The position numbers and the translations under genes were made by a program. Shown in pieces: positions 59,263 to 64,000 of a stretch of DNA of 64,000 nt (position 1 is the stretch's first letter; each line of letters begins with the position of its first letter). This DNA is from an uncultured Lentisphaeraceae bacterium (GTDB lineage: Bacteria; Verrucomicrobiota; Kiritimatiellia; RFP12; UBA1067): the NCBI GenBank assembly GCA_964579865.1, contig CAZOIS010000001.1:1084-65083 (forward strand). Reading direction: 5' to 3'. The notes beneath the pieces were generated by a model. That model worked only from the letters and a program-made list of their open reading frames with translations, did not search any database and was not told where the DNA came from.

Positions 59263-59335
59263 GGATTACGAATAGGAGCACGATTGGATTACACGAACAG
59301 AGGTGTTAGGAACACGATAGAAGATTCAGCGAAGA
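59263..59335. repeat. degenerate GATTAC-type hexamer array (locus D) in the divergent region between a beta-helix gene and the GH13 gene
   Basis: GGATTAC GAATAG GAGCAC GATTGG ATTACA CGAACA ... GTTAGG AACACG ATAGAA GATTCA. The periodicity is weaker than in loci A and B. Confidence 0.6.
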
Positions 59336-59377
59336 CTCGGCTTGTACGTGCTGTCGGCAAGGTGTTTAATTTGCCAC

Positions 59378-60817
59378 ATGAAATTCAAGGTGCTTATGCT
59401 GGCGGGGCTGTCGGCCTGCTGTTCGTTTTCCGTGTTCGGCGCGAACGCCTGGATGCAGAACGCGCGGAAAAGCCCGGCGTGGTTCACGAAGGGCGTGATG
59501 TATCAGATCCAGCCGCGGGCGTTCACTCCGGAGGGGACCCTGAAGGCGGCGGAGCGGAGGCTGCCCTACCTGAAGGACCTCGGCGTGACGATCGCGTACC
59601 TCGTGCCGGTGATGAAGATGGACGCCGACATGGACAAGGGGTTCTGGAGCCCTCGGCAGATCCGGAGCGGCTTCGGGAATCCGAAGAACCAGTACCGCAT
59701 CGCCGACTACTTCCACGTGGACGAGGAATACGGCACGGACCAGGACCTGAAGGACTTCTGCGCCGCCGCGCACGCGCTCGGCATGCAGGTCGTCTTCGAC
59801 CTCGTCTACCTGCACTGCGGACCGACCGCGCCGTTCCTGAAGGAGCACCCCGAGTTCACGTGGTGGAACGCGGACGGCACGGTCAAGAAGGGACCGTGGC
59901 GCTTCCCGAAGCTCAACTTCGCCGTGCCGGCGCTGCGCGAGTACTTCATCGGCAACATCCGGTACCTCCTGAAGGAATACGGCGCGGACGGTTTCCGCTG
60001 CGACGTGGGGGACGGCATCCCGCTCGATTTCTGGTGCGACGCGCATGACGCGATGGACGCGGCGACGAAGGCGCACGCGGTGCTGCTGTGCGAGGGCTTC
60101 ACGGTCTGCGACCAGTACAAGGGGTTCGACGCCGACTACGGCTGGTTTCCGGGCCTGAACGCGAAGGGCGTGCGCAATTCGTGGACCGACCGTGAGAAGC
60201 AGTGCCCGGCGGGCTCGAAGTTCGTGAACCACTACGAGAACCACGATATCGCAACGGATTGCCGTCCGCGCCGGGAGCAGCAGTGGGGACACGCCGCAGT
60301 CGACCAGGTGCTCGTGTGGATGTTCACGCTGGACGGCGTGCCGATGCTCTTCTGCGGCAACGAGATGGCCGACGCGGACGAGCGGCATTCGATGTTTGGG
60401 AAGACGCCGATGGACTGGTCGCAGCTCGACCGCGAGCCGGGCCGTTCGCGCCATGCGTTCGTGAAGCGCCTCGCCGCGCTCCGCAGGGAGCATCCGGCGT
60501 TGACCGCCCAGAACGGAAAAGACGGGCTCGTCTGGCTCGACACGACCGCGCCAGACCGTGTGGCCGCGTTCGCGCGCCGAGGGGGCGGAGAGACGGTCCT
60601 CGTGGTGCAGAACTGGTCCGACAAGGAGTCCGCGTGTGCGATCTCGTTCAAGGCGCCCGTGGATTCTTTGCCGTCCTATCTCGCGGCCGAGAAGGTCGAT
60701 CGCGACGTGAAGGGCGCGGTCGCGACGGAGCCGCTTTTTGCGCAGGGCGCGCGCTTCGCCGCGCCGGACCGTATCGACCTCGCCCCCTGGGGCTTCTGGA
60801 TCGGCACGGTCAAGTGA
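59378..60817 (+). CDS. alpha-amylase family (GH13) enzyme
   Basis: Start placed at ATG 59378 (signal peptide MKFKVLMLAGLSACCSFSVFGANA). GH13 regions DLVYLHCG, GADGFRCDVGD, LLCEG, FVNHYENHD. Confidence 0.8.
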   Translation: MKFKVLMLAGLSACCSFSVFGANAWMQNARKSPAWFTKGVMYQIQPRAFTPEGTLKAAERRLPYLKDLGVTIAYLVPVMKMDADMDKGFWSPRQIRSGFGNPKNQYRIADYFHVDEEYGTDQDLKDFCAAAHALGMQVVFDLVYLHCGPTAPFLKEHPEFTWWNADGTVKKGPWRFPKLNFAVPALREYFIGNIRYLLKEYGADGFRCDVGDGIPLDFWCDAHDAMDAATKAHAVLLCEGFTVCDQYKGFDADYGWFPGLNAKGVRNSWTDREKQCPAGSKFVNHYENHDIATDCRPRREQQWGHAAVDQVLVWMFTLDGVPMLFCGNEMADADERHSMFGKTPMDWSQLDREPGRSRHAFVKRLAALRREHPALTAQNGKDGLVWLDTTAPDRVAAFARRGGGETVLVVQNWSDKESACAISFKAPVDSLPSYLAAEKVDRDVKGAVATEPLFAQGARFAAPDRIDLAPWGFWIGTVK

Positions 60818-60884
60818 AACGGAAATCCCCTGAATGTGGCAGATGGCCGTGAAGACAGACCCTGTGGGCCACGGGAGGAAAGAA

Positions 60885-60964
60885 GATTACGATTACGAGT
60901 AAGATTAAGACAACAGGAATCCACGCATAATCGTCATCTTGCTCTTCATCTTACTCGGATTTAC
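60885..60964. repeat. GATTAC-type hexamer array with partial inverted partner (locus C) between convergent gene ends
   Basis: GATTAC GATTAC GAGTAA GATTAA GA ... ATCTTACTCG (complement of CGAGTAAGAT). Shares the 14-mer GATTACGAGTAAGA with locus B (27799..27812). Confidence 0.8.
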
Positions 60965-61057
60965 CTGTCCCTCCTCCGCAAGTCAAAGAGGGGCAAATTT
61001 AGATGCGTCGGCTATCCGCACTCGCAACGGGAAAAAAGCGGAACGGACCGTGACGCT

Positions 61058-64000
61058 TCAGTAGACCCAGAGGGCCATTTCCTTGATTTCGCCCCGGCCG
61101 CCGGCAAGGAGTTCGATGCGGTTGGAGGTTCCCGTGACAAGCCACGGCGTGATGTTGAGGAAAACCGTATCGCCGAGGGCGTGATGGTGGCGGCGCACGT
61201 AGCGGCCGTTGACGAGACACCCGGTGATGCCGTGGCTGGTTTCCAGCCGCAGATAAACCTGTTTTCCGCTGAGGTCTGCCGGGAGTTCGAGCGTCCGGGA
61301 CAGCAGGTTGGCGTTGAATGCGCCGGGCAGTTTCACGGGAGTCCCTGCACGCAGATAATCGTTCGAGGGGGTCCAGTCGCCCGCGAGGTCGAACACACGC
61401 CCGGGGCGACGCGTGAACGAAAGCCACGTGTTGCCGCGTATGCCGCACACCTGCCCTTCGCCCCGGATTTCCACGGCCAGCGTATGCGTTGATCCGGCTT
61501 CAAATCCCGCAGGCAAGATCAGGCCGTCCCGGCCGTCGCCCTGCGTCACCTCGCGGCCATCGAGCCAATAGCGCGTCTTGCCGGAGGCGGTCCAGGAGAA
61601 CCACGCTTTGAGCCAGAGCTCGACGTTGCCTTGGCGCCAGGCCTTCGGGACCTGAAACGTCCTGCGGAACAGCACGCGGCGCGAGGGCAGCTCTTCCGGC
61701 ACGGCCCAGCAGTCGAGCCGCCGCATCGGCCATGCGGCGTCGTCGAGACCGGGGGCCGCAAGCGGCGCGGGATCGTCTGTGCCTTGCTCGTCCAAGACCC
61801 TGTAGCGCCAGCCGCCGGTGAGATCCACGGTGTCCTGTTCGCCCGTTTCGGCGGAGGCGGCATGGGCGCTTGCGGCAGGCGCCTTCGCCTGCGCCACTTC
61901 TTCGGTTCCGCGCCACCAGTTGCGCTGAAGCGCGAACCACTCGGACGGAACGGACGCGATCCGGCCCTTCGGCGTCATGAAGATCCGGGTTTCCAGCGGC
62001 TCCAACCGGAGGCCGCGTACGGCGGGCTGACCGTCGGCGCCGGTCGTCAGCGGCGCGTCGGCATCCGCGCCGACCTCGCGGCAGAAGGCGGGCGTGAGTC
62101 CGTCGCGGAAAACAAGGCTCGTCTCGACGGCCCGGTCGGCTTCCCCGTTCCAGAGCGTCCAGATGTCGAACAGGCCGTTGTTGCTGACAGCGTGGCGGAA
62201 CTTCACGCCTGTCGCGACCGCCGGGACGCGTTTCATGCCGGCCCACACGAAAAGTTGCCGGAAGAGCTTCTGCGTGCGGTCCGGCCAGCCGTGCCAGAGC
62301 GGCGTGCGGCAGAACTTGAGCCCCATGTGGATCACGTAGCCCTTGCCGAGGGGCCGCAGCCCGATAGCGGTTGAACCGTCCTCCCAGCGCGCGAGGTCCT
62401 GACAATCCGCCGCCCGCGCTTGGAGCTTCAATCCGTTGGCCTTCACGTTTTTGAGATCCCAGTCGTCGGCCCTGAAGACCGTCTGGCTTGGCGCGAAGGA
62501 GAAGTTCCACCAGTCGGCGATCTCATAGGGTTCGTTTGCCGTCCATCGGTTGCGGCTGATGCCGGTGACGTCGTATCCGGAAAGGCGCGAAATCGGCCAG
62601 GCGTCTTTCTTTTCCGGCGTGTGGCGTCCTGTCTGGACGAAGGCCACGAAGATGCCGCCTTTGCGCACCCACGCTTCGATTTCGCCGATGAGCTTGCTGT
62701 CCATCACCGAAGTGTTGGCGCCGACGATGATGCGATAGGGGTCGGCCTTGCCGTCGGCAAAGTCGAGATCGGTCACGCCGTCGAAGTCGTATTCGCCCGT
62801 GAACTGGGCGTTGAGCGGCCAAGCGAAATACCCGGACGGGAGGTTCGTGTCAGGATCCTGACCCCACGGAAAACCGGTGAGGTTGTCGATGCGGTCGCTG
62901 AAGAGCATGGCGATCTGGGCCTTGGGCGGATGCGTCTTGCCCACCGTGTCGAGCAGCGGCCTGATCTTCTCGAAGTGGGCGCGGATGTCGTCCTGCCAGT
63001 AGATGCTGCCGACGTGGATGAAGTAGTGGATCGCTTGAACGCCCTCGGTGAAGTAGTAGCCCATCATGCGCTTGAAGCCCGTCAGATTCTCGGCGGGACC
63101 GCCCGGCTCCAGCGAGAAGGGCAGGTCGGCGCCACGCATCAGCATCGGCAGGAACTCGTTCCAGAACGCGCCCATGTGGCCGGTGTTGTGGAAGTGCGCG
63201 CCGTATTGTTCGCAGAGCTTCTTGACGCCCGCGATGGTCGAGTCCGGTGCCATGCAGATGATCGAGCGGTCAGGGTCAACGCTGCGGATGGCCGCGATCC
63301 CGCGCCGCGCGGCCTCGACCCGCGTGGCTTGCCGCCAGTCGGCGAAGTCAACCCAGCGGGCCTTTTCGCCGTCCGGCAGGTCGGGGTACTGTCGCGGCGC
63401 CTGCCGCGAGAGGTAAACGCGATAGCCCAAGAAACCCTGCGGCACGCGGAGCGCGACCGTGTTGGTCCCCGCGCGCAGGGCGCCGGTGGCCTCGAACGCG
63501 CCCCAGTGCGGCGTGGCGTGACGCGTCAGGTCCTCGCCGATCACCGTTCCGTTCAGCGACGCGACAATCCGCTCCTTGAGGTGCGCCCCCGAATTGAGGT
63601 CCCACACGTAGAGCCATACCTTGTCGCCGCGCAGCCACGCGGCGGGCACGTCGAACGCCCGGCGGAAGACCGCCGGTTTCTTTTCGAGAAACATCATCGC
63701 GTCGTTGCCGGGGGCCTGGAGCCGTGGCCACGTTGCGTCGTCGAAGGCGGCCGCCGACCATTCCGCCGCCGTACCCGGCAACGGCTCGTAACCCAAGCGC
63801 CACAGGCCGGTCAGATCCAGCGCGTCCGTGCCGTAGCCGAGGAAGGTCGCGAGATCCGGCACGCGCACGTCGTCCCAGCGCTTCAGCTCGGACGTCCGTT
63901 CCCAGCGCCGCGCCACCTGCGCGATGCGGCCGTATTTCGCTTTCAGGAAAGCGCGGAAGCTGGTATCGGCCACCGGCCCGTATTCGAGGAAAAGGTCGAA
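61058..64000 (-). CDS. large glycoside-hydrolase-like protein (beta-galactosidase/GH42-type modules plus galactose-binding-like domains), 5' end beyond the window
   Basis: The frame is open to position 64000; the track's first M at 63973 is a GTG inside FDLFLEYGPVADTSFRAFLKAKYG. AQIAMLFSD...YRIIVGANTSVMDSKLIGEIEAWVRKGGIFVAF resembles the GH42 trimerisation fold. There are several WLRGDKVWLYVW / NVELWLKAWFSW jelly-roll modules. Confidence 0.7.
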   Translation of the reverse strand, partial: FDLFLEYGPVADTSFRAFLKAKYGRIAQVARRWERTSELKRWDDVRVPDLATFLGYGTDALDLTGLWRLGYEPLPGTAAEWSAAAFDDATWPRLQAPGNDAMMFLEKKPAVFRRAFDVPAAWLRGDKVWLYVWDLNSGAHLKERIVASLNGTVIGEDLTRHATPHWGAFEATGALRAGTNTVALRVPQGFLGYRVYLSRQAPRQYPDLPDGEKARWVDFADWRQATRVEAARRGIAAIRSVDPDRSIICMAPDSTIAGVKKLCEQYGAHFHNTGHMGAFWNEFLPMLMRGADLPFSLEPGGPAENLTGFKRMMGYYFTEGVQAIHYFIHVGSIYWQDDIRAHFEKIRPLLDTVGKTHPPKAQIAMLFSDRIDNLTGFPWGQDPDTNLPSGYFAWPLNAQFTGEYDFDGVTDLDFADGKADPYRIIVGANTSVMDSKLIGEIEAWVRKGGIFVAFVQTGRHTPEKKDAWPISRLSGYDVTGISRNRWTANEPYEIADWWNFSFAPSQTVFRADDWDLKNVKANGLKLQARAADCQDLARWEDGSTAIGLRPLGKGYVIHMGLKFCRTPLWHGWPDRTQKLFRQLFVWAGMKRVPAVATGVKFRHAVSNNGLFDIWTLWNGEADRAVETSLVFRDGLTPAFCREVGADADAPLTTGADGQPAVRGLRLEPLETRIFMTPKGRIASVPSEWFALQRNWWRGTEEVAQAKAPAASAHAASAETGEQDTVDLTGGWRYRVLDEQGTDDPAPLAAPGLDDAAWPMRRLDCWAVPEELPSRRVLFRRTFQVPKAWRQGNVELWLKAWFSWTASGKTRYWLDGREVTQGDGRDGLILPAGFEAGSTHTLAVEIRGEGQVCGIRGNTWLSFTRRPGRVFDLAGDWTPSNDYLRAGTPVKLPGAFNANLLSRTLELPADLSGKQVYLRLETSHGITGCLVNGRYVRRHHHALGDTVFLNITPWLVTGTSNRIELLAGGRGEIKEMALWVY

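Noticed and set aside
59355-59376. sigma54-like AAGGTG-N5-TTTGCC directly before the GH13 start codon
   Set aside because: The -24 element is poor (only GG conserved), and the box touches the ATG of a gene with a normal signal peptide. It does not fit the YGGCWY/NTGCW pattern of the other eight boxes.
1-64000. Mobile elements, prophage, a genomic-island boundary, or defence systems
   Set aside because: I saw no integrase, transposase, tRNA attachment site, restriction, toxin or reverse-transcriptase motifs. Apart from the short AT-rich arrays and promoter regions, I saw no obvious compositional break by eye.

Overview
GC-rich (about two-thirds G+C by eye) bacterial chromosomal segment. Gene content looks like a PVC-type organism (Kiritimatiellota, Lentisphaerota or Verrucomicrobiota); that placement is inference only. 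I recognised 42 protein-coding genes and no rRNA, tRNA, CRISPR array, transposase or integrase. About 35 kb (1.5-36 kb) is one dispersed type IVa-pilus-like locus. It holds two minor-pilin modules (1499..4753 and 21971..25762) and a pilM-N-O-P-Q operon that continues into a 2,235-aa beta-helix/InlB-repeat protein and a TPR-tailed PilT (7453..20558). It also holds a short major pilin (27289..27645), pilB-pilC plus an NtrC-type activator (27938..32253), and many sensors: PAS proteins, two histidine-kinase-like proteins with a DHp domain but no ATPase domain, two hybrid kinases, and a 7TM-PAS-Cys4 sensor. The rest is a BNR-glycosidase/GntR pair, an M6 metalloprotease, bfr, aguBA and a CAZyme island (49.8-64 kb). 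Main non-obvious signals: (1) eight near-identical sigma54 -24/-12 boxes sit in front of nearly every pilus or signalling operon, several as divergent pairs; (2) AT-rich GATTA[ACG] hexamer arrays in inverted configuration occur at four intergenic sites, one exactly where an enhancer or bending site would lie upstream of the pilin sigma54 promoter; (3) an HU/IHF-fold protein fused to two zinc ribbons heads a pseudopilin operon under a consensus sigma54 promoter; (4) the giant secreted protein is embedded between the secretin gene and pilT. No prepilin peptidase or rpoN gene lies in the window. All family assignments come from motif recognition by eye; no searches were run. Many long ORFs in the track are antisense or out-of-frame GC artefacts and were discarded.
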